A stretch of DNA of 64,000 nucleotides from Alphaproteobacteria bacterium (GCA_964291285.2 OZ219787.1:928001-992000), one strand, 5' to 3'. Positions 48,225 through 58,048 are shown, numbered from the stretch's first letter. The notes: generated by a model from the letters alone, not told the origin. Made by a program: numbers and translations.

Positions 48225-49424
48225 ATGGAGAGGCTCAACGACTGTTTCGCGGCGGGCGACCGGCTGCTGACCGTCGGCGAGGCGGCCGAACGGCTGAGCA
48301 CGCGCCTCGGCCCGGCGGTCGGCCGGGAGCGGATTCCGCTGTCGGAGGCGCGGGGCCGGATCCTGGCGGAACCGCTGACGAGCACGCTCGACGTGCCCGG
48401 CTACGACAACGCCGCGGTGGACGGCTACGCCTTCGCTCACGGCCGGGCGCATTACCGCATCGCCGGGCGGGCCGCGGCGGGACGGCCCTTTCCGCATCCG
48501 CTCGGACCCGGCGAGGCGGTCCGCATCCTGACCGGCGCGCCGGTGCCGGAAGGCGCCGACACGGTGGCGATGCAGGAGGACTGCGGCCTCGACGGCGAAA
48601 CCGTGACGGTGCCCGCAGGCCTCAGGGCGGGCGCCAACTACCGCATGGCCGGCGAGAACATCCGCCGGGGCGAGACGGTATTCGAGACAGGGCAGCGCCT
48701 CGGCCCGCTGCAACTGGGCGTCGCCGCATCGCTCGGCGAGACGGCGGTGGAGGTCTTCCGGCCGCTTCGCGTCGCGCTGTTCTCCACCGGGGACGAACTT
48801 GCGCGCCCCGGCGAACCGCTGGCGCCGGGGCAGCTCTACGACTCCAACCGGACGATGCTGCGCGCCTTCCTTGAGGCCGACGGGCTCGCCGTGACCGATC
48901 TGGGCATCCTTCCGGACGATGCGCCCTCGGTGAAGGCGGCGCTGGCCGAGGCGGCGGCCGGGCATGACGCGGTGATGACCTCGGCGGGCATCTCGACCGG
49001 CGACGAGGACCATGTGGCGGCGGCCGTTCCGGCGCTTCATTTCTGGCGCCTCGCGGTGAAGCCCGGCCGGCCGCTGGCGCTCGGCAGCATCGGGAGTGCG
49101 GCCTTTGTGGGCCTGCCCGGCAATCCGGTGGCCGCCGCCGCCTGCCTGCTGATGCTGGTGCGCCCGATGCTGGGCCTGCTGGGCGGCGCCGGCTGGGAAA
49201 CGCCGCCGTCGGTGCTTGTGCCCGCCGGCTTCGCCATGAAGAAGAAGACCGGGCGGCGGGAATGGCTGCGCGTCCGCCTCGGCGAGGACGGTGCGGCCAG
49301 GAAGGCCGGGCCCGACGGCTCGGCGCTGCTCCGCGTCATGGCCGAGGCCGACGGCCTGCTCGACGTGCCCGAGGACGTGGCCGCCATCGCCCCTGGCGAC
49401 CGCTTCCCGATGCTGCGCCTCTGA
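48225..49424 (+). CDS. moeA: Molybdopterin molybdotransferase MoeA
   Basis: DNAAVDGYA, RILTGA, STGDEL, YDSN, KPGRP, LPGNP. Confidence 0.93.
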   Translation: MERLNDCFAAGDRLLTVGEAAERLSTRLGPAVGRERIPLSEARGRILAEPLTSTLDVPGYDNAAVDGYAFAHGRAHYRIAGRAAAGRPFPHPLGPGEAVRILTGAPVPEGADTVAMQEDCGLDGETVTVPAGLRAGANYRMAGENIRRGETVFETGQRLGPLQLGVAASLGETAVEVFRPLRVALFSTGDELARPGEPLAPGQLYDSNRTMLRAFLEADGLAVTDLGILPDDAPSVKAALAEAAAGHDAVMTSAGISTGDEDHVAAAVPALHFWRLAVKPGRPLALGSIGSAAFVGLPGNPVAAAACLLMLVRPMLGLLGGAGWETPPSVLVPAGFAMKKKTGRREWLRVRLGEDGAARKAGPDGSALLRVMAEADGLLDVPEDVAAIAPGDRFPMLRL

Positions 49425-49436
49425 CGCCGCCCGCCC

Positions 49437-50015
49437 ATGCGCCCGCAGGTCCTGACCGTCGGCCACTCCAACCATGCGCCGGAAACTTTTCTGGCGCTGC
49501 TGGTGCGGCATGGCGTGACGGCGCTCGGCGACGTGCGCTCCGCGCCCTCGAGCCGGTTCAATCCCCATTTCAACCGCAAGGCGCTTTCGGCGTCGCTCTC
49601 CGCCAGCGGCATCGCCTATGCCTGGCTTGGGCGCGAACTCGGCGGACGGCCGGACGATCCCGCCTGCTACGAGGATGGCGAACTCTGTTACGACCGTCTT
49701 GCCCGGACTGCGCTTTACCGGCAGGGAATCGAACGGGTCCTGCGCGGCGCGGCGGAGCACCGGCTGGCGCTGATGTGCGCGGAGAAGGACCCGCTCCACT
49801 GCCACCGCGCGCTGCTGGTCTCCCGCTCGCTCGAGGATGAAGGGCTGGAGGTCGCCCATATCCTCGCGGACGGCAGTCTCGAACCTCATGACAGCGTCAT
49901 GGACCGGCTGCTCGCCGCCCGCCGCCCGGAGGACGACCTGTTCGCAGCAGGGAAGTCGCGCGCCGACTGGATCGCCGAGGCCGCCCGCATGCCGCGCCGC
50001 CGCAAGCGCGCCTGA
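49437..50015 (+). CDS. DUF488 domain protein
   Basis: TVGHSN, DVRS.P.SR, ELGGR, LMCAEKDPLHCHR. Confidence 0.88.
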   Translation: MRPQVLTVGHSNHAPETFLALLVRHGVTALGDVRSAPSSRFNPHFNRKALSASLSASGIAYAWLGRELGGRPDDPACYEDGELCYDRLARTALYRQGIERVLRGAAEHRLALMCAEKDPLHCHRALLVSRSLEDEGLEVAHILADGSLEPHDSVMDRLLAARRPEDDLFAAGKSRADWIAEAARMPRRRKRA

Positions 50016-50034
50016 CCCGTACCCCGGAAGACGG

Positions 50035-50508
50035 CGCGGCTGCCGGGGCACACTCCAGCGCGATGTCATGATGTGTCATGTTTTGTCATGGGCGCCGCCG
50101 GAAATGTCATGTTTTGTCATGGTCCGCCGCGCCTCCGCCCCGGCCCCATCGCTGCCCGTTCGTATCCCGCATGTCGTTCGTCCGTCATGTTTCGTTCCAC
50201 TCCGTTCCGTTCGCCCCGCCGCCGGTTCGCCCATGCGGCGGGACCCTGATTCGCGCATATCGCGCGCGGGGGCGCGCGCGTCGGCGGCGGCGCGGTTCGC
50301 GCGCCTGATTGCGCCTGCGCGCGCGTAGGCCCAAATGCAGGGCGCACCTGTCCCGTCAGCTTCCCAGGGTGTTTTTCGCGCCGGCGCGAACCGGGAGAGC
50401 GGGCGGCCCCGCGCGGATGCCGCCGCCTCTCTCCCGGCCTATTTAGTTACAGAATCAGAGAGTGTCAATCCTAAAAACAGAAATTTTTCATAAATAGTGA
50501 ACAAAATG
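50035..50508 (-). repeat. Intergenic repeat family, copy C (shortest complete copy)
   Basis: Minus-strand promoter ATTGAC-N17-CTAAAT (50469-50441). Invariant 16-mer at 50297-50312. TGTCATG at 50064, 50074, 50084, 50105 and 50115. Confidence 0.88.
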
Positions 50509-50529
50509 CTCCTGCGGCCACGGAGCCTG

Positions 50530-51405
50530 TCATACGGCCCACAGCGGCGGCGCGCCGGGGCGGTGGAAGTCGATCCAGGCGCCGAGGCCGTCCGACGGCG
50601 GCACCAGCAGGCGGTCCGGCCGCCCATGGACGGTAATGCCCGCGTTCGCAAGAAGGAAGCGCGAGCGATCGAGGTCGGCGCTCTCGATGCCGACGGCGGC
50701 GCCGAAGGGCGGCGGCGGGTGGGGCGCGTCCGGCAACAGGGCGCCGAGCGCATCCGGGCCCGCTAGCGCGAAGCGGCCGCGGTCGAGCGCGATCTCGAAA
50801 ACCGGTCCCGACCTGCGCGCGGGGCGGTTGGCGAAGCGGGCGTAGCGGCCGGCGGCCTCTTCCGGGTCGGCGACGATCTGCAGGAAGCCGGTGAGCGCCC
50901 GCGCGGCGTTGGCGTGGCGGTCCATGCCCGGCAGCCAGATGAGGTCCGGCGTCTCGTGGGTGAGCAGCTGCACCCGGCCTTCCGGCATCGCCTCGGCCGT
51001 TGCCCGGCGCACGGTCGCGCGCACGATGCGGCCGTCCTCCAGCGGGCGGCGCAGGAAGACGGTCGGGCGCATGTCCGTGCCGCCGGCATCGTGCTCTTCG
51101 ACCCGTTCATGCGCGAGCGCAATTAGGTGCAGCCCCTCATAGCGCGCGACGCCGGCGGCGAGTTCCGCACCAAGCGGCGTATCCGCTGCCTGGCCCAGCG
51201 CCTCGATATAGCCCGCCTCGAACGTGATCAGCCGGTTGGCGGTGCCCGACCGCACGAGTTCGCCGTCAGCGCTGTTGTAGTGGATGTTGACCGGCGACAC
51301 GGTGAAGCCGAGCCGCTCGAACCGGGCGGCGGCCCCCTCCAGATCGGCGAGGAAATAGCCGACATGGTCCAGGAAAAGCTCGTTGCCCGTCGGAAGCTGT
51401 TTCAT
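50530..51405 (-). CDS. VOC / glyoxalase-like domain protein
   Basis: LDHVGY, FERLGF, GTANRLI...GYIE, RYEGLH, HANAA. Confidence 0.85.
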   Translation of the reverse strand: MKQLPTGNELFLDHVGYFLADLEGAAARFERLGFTVSPVNIHYNSADGELVRSGTANRLITFEAGYIEALGQAADTPLGAELAAGVARYEGLHLIALAHERVEEHDAGGTDMRPTVFLRRPLEDGRIVRATVRRATAEAMPEGRVQLLTHETPDLIWLPGMDRHANAARALTGFLQIVADPEEAAGRYARFANRPARRSGPVFEIALDRGRFALAGPDALGALLPDAPHPPPPFGAAVGIESADLDRSRFLLANAGITVHGRPDRLLVPPSDGLGAWIDFHRPGAPPLWAV

Positions 51406-52616
51406 GCCGTTGCCCTCGCGCGGCTGACATTGCGGTTCGTCTCGACGAAGGTGGCGACGGCGAGCAGCATGACGGCCGCGCTGCCGAAGAACACCCAGCG
51501 CGGGTCGCCCATGTCCATCACCCAGCCGAACAGGACCGGCGTCATGAAGCCTCCGATGGACAGCCCGGTGGAGGTGAAGCCGAACACCTTGCCCATCTGC
51601 CCCGGCGGCGAGATGCGGCGCACCAGCAGGTCGCGGGTCGGCATGATCGCGCCGTGCGCGATGCCCGAGACCATCATCAGCGGGAGGATGCCGTAGAGCG
51701 GCAGCGGAACCGCGCCGATGATGTTGACCGCGACGAACACCGTGCCGATGGCGCCGAAGAACACGAGCTGCGGGCGCCCGGTGCGGTCCACCAGCCAGCC
51801 GCCAGCCAGATTGCCGACCGAGGCCGCCACCATATAGGCGATCAGCGCCTTGGCGATGACCGTGTCCTCGAAGCCGCGCAGGTCGTGCAGCGCCGGAATG
51901 CCGAAGGTGCGGATGCCGCCGAGCGACATGGAATGGAACATCTGGAACAGGAACAGCAGCACGACCGGCACCGTCAGCAGCAGCGCGATCCCGTCCGAGG
52001 TCGAGCCGCCCTGTTCGCGCCGCCGCGCCCTGCCGTCGGCGCTTTCCAGATGCCGGGACTGGAGCAGGAGCGCAAAGGAGACGGCGATCCCGATGGCGCC
52101 GGCCGTCAGGAAGACGCCCCGGAGGCCGACGATGTCGGCGAGGTCGGGACCGAGCAGCGCCAGGATCCACCCGGCATTGCCGGCGACGGCGTGGATGGAG
52201 AAGGCGCGCCCCATGCGGTGCTCGGCGACCGATGCCGACAGAATGGCGTAGTCGGCGGGGTGGAAGACGGAGTTGGCGATGCCGCCGATGACCGCGAGCG
52301 GCAGCATGGCCCAGAAGGAGGAGACCAGCCCGAAGCCCATCACGGCTCCGGAAAGCACGGCAACGCCCAGGATGAGCGGCGCCCGCCCGCCGATGCGGTC
52401 GACGATGAATCCGACGCCCGTCTGGCAGACCGCCGCGCCGACCGAGAAGGCGCCCGCCAGGATGCCGATTTCCAGATAGCTGAAGCCGTGCTCGTCGTGC
52501 ATGCGCACCGAAAGCGGCAGCAGCATGAACACGAACATGTGGCTCATCGTGTGCCCGACGGCCACGAGACCGATGACCCGCGCATCGCGGGAGAAGCTGT
52601 CGACGGGCGTCGTCAT
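51402..52616 (-). CDS. MFS transporter
   Basis: GHTMSH, GFIVDRIG, NSVFHPADYAIL, many TM segments. Confidence 0.9.
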   Translation of the reverse strand: MTTPVDSFSRDARVIGLVAVGHTMSHMFVFMLLPLSVRMHDEHGFSYLEIGILAGAFSVGAAVCQTGVGFIVDRIGGRAPLILGVAVLSGAVMGFGLVSSFWAMLPLAVIGGIANSVFHPADYAILSASVAEHRMGRAFSIHAVAGNAGWILALLGPDLADIVGLRGVFLTAGAIGIAVSFALLLQSRHLESADGRARRREQGGSTSDGIALLLTVPVVLLFLFQMFHSMSLGGIRTFGIPALHDLRGFEDTVIAKALIAYMVAASVGNLAGGWLVDRTGRPQLVFFGAIGTVFVAVNIIGAVPLPLYGILPLMMVSGIAHGAIMPTRDLLVRRISPPGQMGKVFGFTSTGLSIGGFMTPVLFGWVMDMGDPRWVFFGSAAVMLLAVATFVETNRNVSRARATA

Positions 52617-53368
52617 GCAGGCAGTCGGGCGAGGAATCCGGAGACGGCGGCGTTGAATGCCGCGGGATTGTCGAGATTGGCCGTGTGGCCGGCGTCCGGC
52701 AGGATGACCTTCTTGGCGTCCGGAATCTTCCGGGCCATGTAGTCGATGCCGGCCAGGAAGGGAGTATCGCGCTCGCCGGCCAGCACCAGCGCCGGCACCC
52801 GGATCGACGGCAGCGCTTCCAGCACGCTGCCGTCATGGTGGCGCATCATGTATCGGGCTGCGCGCGCGACGCCGGCGAGGTCGCGGTGGCCGTCCGGCTC
52901 AAGGCTCTCCAGGGCGCGCGGTTCGCGCGCGGCGATCCGCTCGCCCCGCTCCTTCGCCCGCTCGTTCCATGCGTTGCGCGGCTCGTCGCGGCGGAAGCCG
53001 GGGCCGCAGTCGAACAGCATCAGCGCCCGCACCCGCTCCGGGTGGCGGAGGTGGAAGGCGAGCGACAGATAGCCGCCGAGAGAGAGCCCGCCGACGACCG
53101 CCCGTTCGACGCCTTCAGCGTCCAGCAACGCCAGCATGTCGGCGACGCAGGCTTCCGGGTCGTACAGCCCCTCATCCTCGGGCGAGTCGCTCCGGCCGTG
53201 CCCGCGCAGGTCCCAGAGGATGAGCCGGTGGGAGGGCGCCAGCGCCTCGACCTGGCCGGCCCACATGCGCGCCGTCAGCCCGAAGCCGTGGGTGAGCAGA
53301 ACCGCCGGGCCCTCTCCATGCGTCTCGTAGTGGATCGCGGCGCCGGGGCCGCGGGCAAGGCGGCTCAT
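52613..53368 (-). CDS. Alpha/beta fold hydrolase
   Basis: THGF, WDLRGHGRS, GLSLGG (nucleophile elbow), GERD, AGH. Confidence 0.9.
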   Translation of the reverse strand: MSRLARGPGAAIHYETHGEGPAVLLTHGFGLTARMWAGQVEALAPSHRLILWDLRGHGRSDSPEDEGLYDPEACVADMLALLDAEGVERAVVGGLSLGGYLSLAFHLRHPERVRALMLFDCGPGFRRDEPRNAWNERAKERGERIAAREPRALESLEPDGHRDLAGVARAARYMMRHHDGSVLEALPSIRVPALVLAGERDTPFLAGIDYMARKIPDAKKVILPDAGHTANLDNPAAFNAAVSGFLARLPA

Positions 53369-54705
53369 GCGGCGAGCGCCTCCGGCCAGACGGGATCGTT
53401 GGAGCCGAGCGGCACGGAGGGCCGCGCCCAGTGCGGCGGCGTGCGGGACATCTGCGCGATCGGGGCCAGGTGCGTCAGCCGGCCGTGCGGCGTGTCGCTC
53501 TCCATCGTGATCGCCGCGAGTTCCTCCGGCGCGAGTTCCGCCGGCGCATCCTGCCAGTCCTCGACGAGGCCCATGCCCTTGATCCATTCCGCCATGCCGG
53601 CGAGCGATAGCTGCACATGCCAGGTCCCGCCTTCTTCCGCCCGGCGCAGCAGGGCCGTCACGGCGCCCCAGGCGGCCAGGTAGCCGGCGCAATAGTCGAG
53701 CGGCTGCACCGGAAGGTTGCGCGGCGCTTTTGCGCTGCCCTGCACGGTGGACATGCCGGAGGCGTTCTGCACGATGCTGTCGAAGCCCCGGCGCGAGGCG
53801 AAGGGCCCTTCATGGCCGTAGGCCGAAAGCGAGACATAGACCTTGCCGGGGCCGATATCCCGGGGGCCGAAGCCGCGCGCCGCGAGCGTGCCCGGGCGGT
53901 AGCTCTGCACGAACACATCGGCTTCGGAAGCGAGCGCGCGAAGCTGCGCCCGGCCGCGTTCCTCGCGCAGATCGACGAAGGCGGAGAGCTTGCCGTGGCC
54001 CGTGTCCATGACGAGCGTCGGCGCGAAGGGCAGGTGCGGCCCGGCGATGCGCATGCAGTCCGCGCCGTGCTCGGCGAGCGTGCGCCCGCAGGTCGGCCCG
54101 GCCAGAACGCGCGTCAGGTCCAGCACGCGAATGCCCGCCAGCGGCCGGTCGCCGCCGCGCGGTGCGGTCTTCGGCCCGGCGCCGATGCGCTCGATCGTGA
54201 TCGGCGGCAGCGCCGCCAGCGCCCGGCCCTGCGGGTGGGCGGCCCATTCTTCCGGCGTGCGCGTCATCGCGCCGCAGAGGCCGGCGACGGCTATCGCGTC
54301 CTCGAATTCCTGCCCGCCGCGCGCCGCGACCGCGTCGGCGAAGGCCTGCTTCTCCGCCTTCGCGCCGAGCAACGCCAGCATTCCCTCGCGGTGGTGCGGG
54401 AAGTTGCAGTGCAGGAAGACATGCCGCCCGTCGCCGGTCGGCCAGGTCCCCGAGAACGGGTCCCACAGGGAGGAGGGCGCCGCGCCGTCGATTTTCAGAT
54501 AGGTGGCGGAGCGCATGGCCGCGGCCGCATGGCGGCGGTCCACCGTCACAGACTGGCGCTCGCCTGTGCGCAGCTCCCAGAAGTCGGCGGCCGCCTGCGC
54601 GGAGGCGGCGATAGCGGCGGCGCCCGCCTCGCCGATGCGGTAGGGCGTGGGCAGCACCGGGTCGGTCCCGGTCAGTGGAACATTCCGGATGGCTTGATGT
54701 ATCAT
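53365..54705 (-). CDS. Family III CoA-transferase (long form)
   Basis: LHCNFPHH, PLAGIRVLDLTRVLAGP, GKLS, YRPG, RRGFDSIVQ. Confidence 0.9.
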   Translation of the reverse strand: MIHQAIRNVPLTGTDPVLPTPYRIGEAGAAAIAASAQAAADFWELRTGERQSVTVDRRHAAAAMRSATYLKIDGAAPSSLWDPFSGTWPTGDGRHVFLHCNFPHHREGMLALLGAKAEKQAFADAVAARGGQEFEDAIAVAGLCGAMTRTPEEWAAHPQGRALAALPPITIERIGAGPKTAPRGGDRPLAGIRVLDLTRVLAGPTCGRTLAEHGADCMRIAGPHLPFAPTLVMDTGHGKLSAFVDLREERGRAQLRALASEADVFVQSYRPGTLAARGFGPRDIGPGKVYVSLSAYGHEGPFASRRGFDSIVQNASGMSTVQGSAKAPRNLPVQPLDYCAGYLAAWGAVTALLRRAEEGGTWHVQLSLAGMAEWIKGMGLVEDWQDAPAELAPEELAAITMESDTPHGRLTHLAPIAQMSRTPPHWARPSVPLGSNDPVWPEALAA

Positions 54706-54732
54706 CCGGCAAGCATAGCAAGGAGGAAACCG

Positions 54733-55941
54733 ATGGGCGATGCGCCGCTGGCGGGCATTACCGTGCTCGACCTGACCCAATTCGAAGCCGGGCCGTCCTG
54801 CACGGAGGCGCTGGCCTGGCACGGCGCCAATGTCATCAAGGTGGAGGAGCCCCGGCGCGGCGACCAGGGCCGGCTCGGTATCTCCGAGCGCCCGGACATG
54901 GACTCGCTCTATTTCATCCTGCTCAACTGCAACAAGCGCTCGATCACCTGCAACCTCAAGGAGGAAGGCGGCAAGCAGGTCCTCCGCCGCCTGATCGCGA
55001 AGGCGGACGTGCTGATCGAGAACTTCGCGCCGGGCGCCATCGAGCGGCTGGGCTTCGGCTGGGACGAACTGCAGAAGATCAACCCGCGCCTCGTCTTCGC
55101 GCAGGTGAAGGGCTTCGCCACCGACGGCCCCTACGCCAAATATCTCTCCTTCGACATGATCGCGCAGGCGACGGGCGGCGTGATGAGCATCACGGGCATG
55201 CCGGACGGGGTGCCGATCCGCCCCGGCGCCACCATCGGCGACACCGGCACGGGCCTGCATATGTGCGTCTCGATCCTCTCCGCGCTCTTCCAGCGCGAGC
55301 GCACCGGGCGCGGCCAGCACCTCCAGGTCGCGATGCAGGACGCGATGACCAACTATTGCCGCGTCACCTTCTCGCGCCAGCCGATGATGGAGCACCCGGC
55401 GCCCAGGCTCGGAAACTCGGTCGCCTCGGGCGCGCCGGGCGGGCTCTTCCCCTGCAAGGGCGGCGGGCCGAACGACTATTGCTTCATCTTCGTCGCCCGC
55501 GACCTGACGGCGCATTGGGAGCGGGTCTGCAAGGCCATCGGGCGCGAGGACATGCTGGCCGACCCGCGCTTCTGCGACGGGCTGAAGCGCATCGAGCACA
55601 AGGCCGAGATCGAGGAGAACGTGTCGGCCTGGACCCGCGAGCGCACCAAGCAGGAGGTGATGGAGGCCATCGGCGGGGCGGGTGTGCCGGCGGGCGCCGT
55701 GTTCAACATCAAGGACCTGATCTCCAGCGAGGACATGCACCGCCGGGGCATCATGCAGACCGTCGAGCATCCGGCCCGGGGCGCGGTGGTGGTGCCGGCC
55801 TGGCCGGTGCGCTTCGGCGGCGAGGCGATCGACGTGGTGCGGGCGCCGCTGCTCGGCGAGCACAACGAGGCGGTGCTGGGCGAATTGCTGGACATGCCCC
55901 CCTCGGAGGTGGCGGACCTGAAGCAGGCCGGCGCGCTTTGA
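54733..55941 (+). CDS. Family III CoA-transferase (formyl-CoA transferase-like)
   Basis: RBS AGGAGG. DLTQFEAGPSCT, LNCNKRS, ENFAPG, IGDTGTG, LLGEHN. Confidence 0.92.
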   Translation: MGDAPLAGITVLDLTQFEAGPSCTEALAWHGANVIKVEEPRRGDQGRLGISERPDMDSLYFILLNCNKRSITCNLKEEGGKQVLRRLIAKADVLIENFAPGAIERLGFGWDELQKINPRLVFAQVKGFATDGPYAKYLSFDMIAQATGGVMSITGMPDGVPIRPGATIGDTGTGLHMCVSILSALFQRERTGRGQHLQVAMQDAMTNYCRVTFSRQPMMEHPAPRLGNSVASGAPGGLFPCKGGGPNDYCFIFVARDLTAHWERVCKAIGREDMLADPRFCDGLKRIEHKAEIEENVSAWTRERTKQEVMEAIGGAGVPAGAVFNIKDLISSEDMHRRGIMQTVEHPARGAVVVPAWPVRFGGEAIDVVRAPLLGEHNEAVLGELLDMPPSEVADLKQAGAL

Positions 55942-55951
55942 CGCGGCCGCG

Positions 55952-56539
55952 ATGATCCGGGGCGGCGAGGAGCTGCGCGCTCTTGCCGCCGCGCCGCCGG
56001 AGCTTCGGCCCGGGGTGCGGCGGTTCTATTTCCTGAGGCACGGCGAGACCGCCGGCAATGCCAGCTTCATCGTGCAGAGCCCGGTCATCCCGCTGAACGA
56101 AGCGGGCCGGGCGCAGGCGGCGCGGGCGGCGAAGAAACTTGCCGCAGCCGGGGAGATTACCCGTATCGAAGCCAGCAGCTATCCGCGCGCCTATGAGACG
56201 GCGCAGGCCGTCGCGCGTCTGCTCGCCGTGCCGATGAACGCAACGCCCCGGCTGGGCGAACGGCTGTTCGGGGAGCTTGTCGGCCAGAGCGCGCTGGAGC
56301 TCGACTGGCGAGCCCGTCCCGCCGGCGGCGAGACGCTGGAGGCGTTCGTCGCGCGCACCAAATCCGCCGCGGCCGACACGCTCGACGGCAGCGATGTTCC
56401 CTGCATCGTCGCGCATGGCGGCAATCTGCGCGTCATCATGGCGGCCCTCGGCGCGGACTTCCGCGACGAACTCGCGCCCAATGCGGCACCGATCCGCTTC
56501 GACCGTTCGGACGCGGGCTGGACGGTGACGCTCCTGTAG
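55952..56539 (+). CDS. Histidine phosphatase family protein
   Basis: FLRHGET (RHG), RAYETA, VAHGG. Confidence 0.88.
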   Translation: MIRGGEELRALAAAPPELRPGVRRFYFLRHGETAGNASFIVQSPVIPLNEAGRAQAARAAKKLAAAGEITRIEASSYPRAYETAQAVARLLAVPMNATPRLGERLFGELVGQSALELDWRARPAGGETLEAFVARTKSAAADTLDGSDVPCIVAHGGNLRVIMAALGADFRDELAPNAAPIRFDRSDAGWTVTLL

Positions 56540-56546
56540 CCCCGCC

Positions 56547-57302
56547 TCAGCCCCGCTTCGCGGCAAGCGTCAGCACGCAGCGATAGACGACTTCGACGAA
56601 GCCGTCCGCGTTCGCGTGCCGGCCCGTGAGCGCCTCGACCTCGCGGTCGAAGACCTCCGCCCCGGCGGCGTCGCGCGCGGCCTGCGCCCGCGAGGACGAG
56701 CGGGACATCGCCATGAAGGCGTCCGGGCGCATCGGCCTCGTCCAGGCTTCGCTTTCCTCCTGCGTACGGGCCGTCCAGCCGAGCGCGTCGAGCTCGCCCC
56801 GGATGTCGAACTCGCGGTAGTCGCGCCGGTAGCCGGGGCTGTAGCGTTCGAGCAGGTCTTCGTAGCCGCTGGCGAAAGCGTCTCGCCGCCAGTCCCGGTT
56901 GTTGTAGAGGATGGCGACGGCCCCGCCCGGCTTCAGCACCCGTTCGCACTCCCGCCAGAAGGCCGGCCGGTCGAACCAGTGGAGCGCCTGCGCAGAGAAG
57001 ACGAGGTCGATTATCCCGTCCTCTGAGGGCAGCGCCTCCGCCCTGCCGTCCAGCCAGCGTATTCCCGGCGCAGCCTCCGCCTCCTGCCGCATGGCCGGGC
57101 TCGGCTCCACCGCCAGAATGGACGCCCGCAGGCCCAGGACGCCGGCCAGCGCGCGCGTGCCGATGCCGGTGCCCGCGCCCGCATCCAGCACCTCGACCGG
57201 CCCCTCCGGCAGCCAGCCGGCGATGAGCGCGACCAGCCGCTCCGGATATTGCGGCCGGGCCTGCCGGTAGTCCCCGGCGATGCGCTCATAGTCGGGTTTC
57301 AC
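56547..57302 (-). CDS. Class I SAM-dependent methyltransferase
   Basis: YRQARPQYP, LDAGAGTG, AQALHWFD, RVLKPGG. Confidence 0.9.
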   Translation of the reverse strand: MKPDYERIAGDYRQARPQYPERLVALIAGWLPEGPVEVLDAGAGTGIGTRALAGVLGLRASILAVEPSPAMRQEAEAAPGIRWLDGRAEALPSEDGIIDLVFSAQALHWFDRPAFWRECERVLKPGGAVAILYNNRDWRRDAFASGYEDLLERYSPGYRRDYREFDIRGELDALGWTARTQEESEAWTRPMRPDAFMAMSRSSSRAQAARDAAGAEVFDREVEALTGRHANADGFVEVVYRCVLTLAAKRG

Positions 57303-57322
57303 GCCTGCCGCCTGCTGTTAGG

Positions 57323-58042
57323 ATGGCGGGTATGCTACCGGAAGCCTTCCTTGCCCGCACCGCCGCCGATGTCGGCCGGCCCGCGCTTGCCGTGCTGCCG
57401 GTGGGGGCGTTCGAGCAGCATGGGAGCCACCTGCCGCTCGCGACCGACAGCCTGATCGCGGGCGCGCTGGCGGCCGGGCTGGCGGAGAAACTCGGCGCGC
57501 TGCTGCTGCCGGTGCTGCCCGTCTCCTGCTCGCAGGAGCATGCGGGCTTTCCCGGCACCGTCTGGCTGGCGGCGGGCACGCTGGCGGCCGTCGTCGGCGA
57601 CATCCGCGCGAGCCTCGCGCATGCCGGCATCGAACGGCTCGCCATCGTCAATGCGCATGGCGGCAACCTGGTGCTGGCGCATCTCGCGCGCGAAGCCAAT
57701 CTCGACGGCCCGCGCGTCTGGCTCGGCCCCGGCCGGCATATCCAGGAGGCCGCCTTCGCCGCCGCCGGCATCGAGACGAGCGTGCATGACGACATGCATG
57801 CGGGCGAATACGAAACCTCGGTCCTGCTCCACTGCTGGCCCGGCCTCGTGCGCATGGCCGAGGCCGCCGACGAGCTTGCCGAACGCCCGCAACTCGCCGT
57901 CAGGGGCCTCGCCGCCTACAGCCGCTCCGGCACGGTCGGCCGCCCCACCCGCGCCACGGCCGCGAAGGGCGGGGCCGCGCTCGCGGCGATGGTGGAGGCG
58001 ATGGCGGCAGAGGTGAGGGAGCTCTTCGGCCTGGAGGCCTGA
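57323..58042 (+). CDS. Creatininase family protein
   Basis: PVGAFEQHGSHLPLATD, EHAGFPGT, NAHGGN, DMHAGEYETS. Confidence 0.9.
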   Translation: MAGMLPEAFLARTAADVGRPALAVLPVGAFEQHGSHLPLATDSLIAGALAAGLAEKLGALLLPVLPVSCSQEHAGFPGTVWLAAGTLAAVVGDIRASLAHAGIERLAIVNAHGGNLVLAHLAREANLDGPRVWLGPGRHIQEAAFAAAGIETSVHDDMHAGEYETSVLLHCWPGLVRMAEAADELAERPQLAVRGLAAYSRSGTVGRPTRATAAKGGAALAAMVEAMAAEVRELFGLEA

Positions 58043-58048
58043 TCCGCG

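Noticed and set aside
46728-50069. 1113-aa ORF and other long shadow ORFs (32008-34746, 722-3064, 53365-55863, 58049-60649)
   Set aside because: High-GC antisense or read-through frames over recognisable genes. At most only their 3' portions (mobA, SDR, CoA-transferase, TPR) are real.
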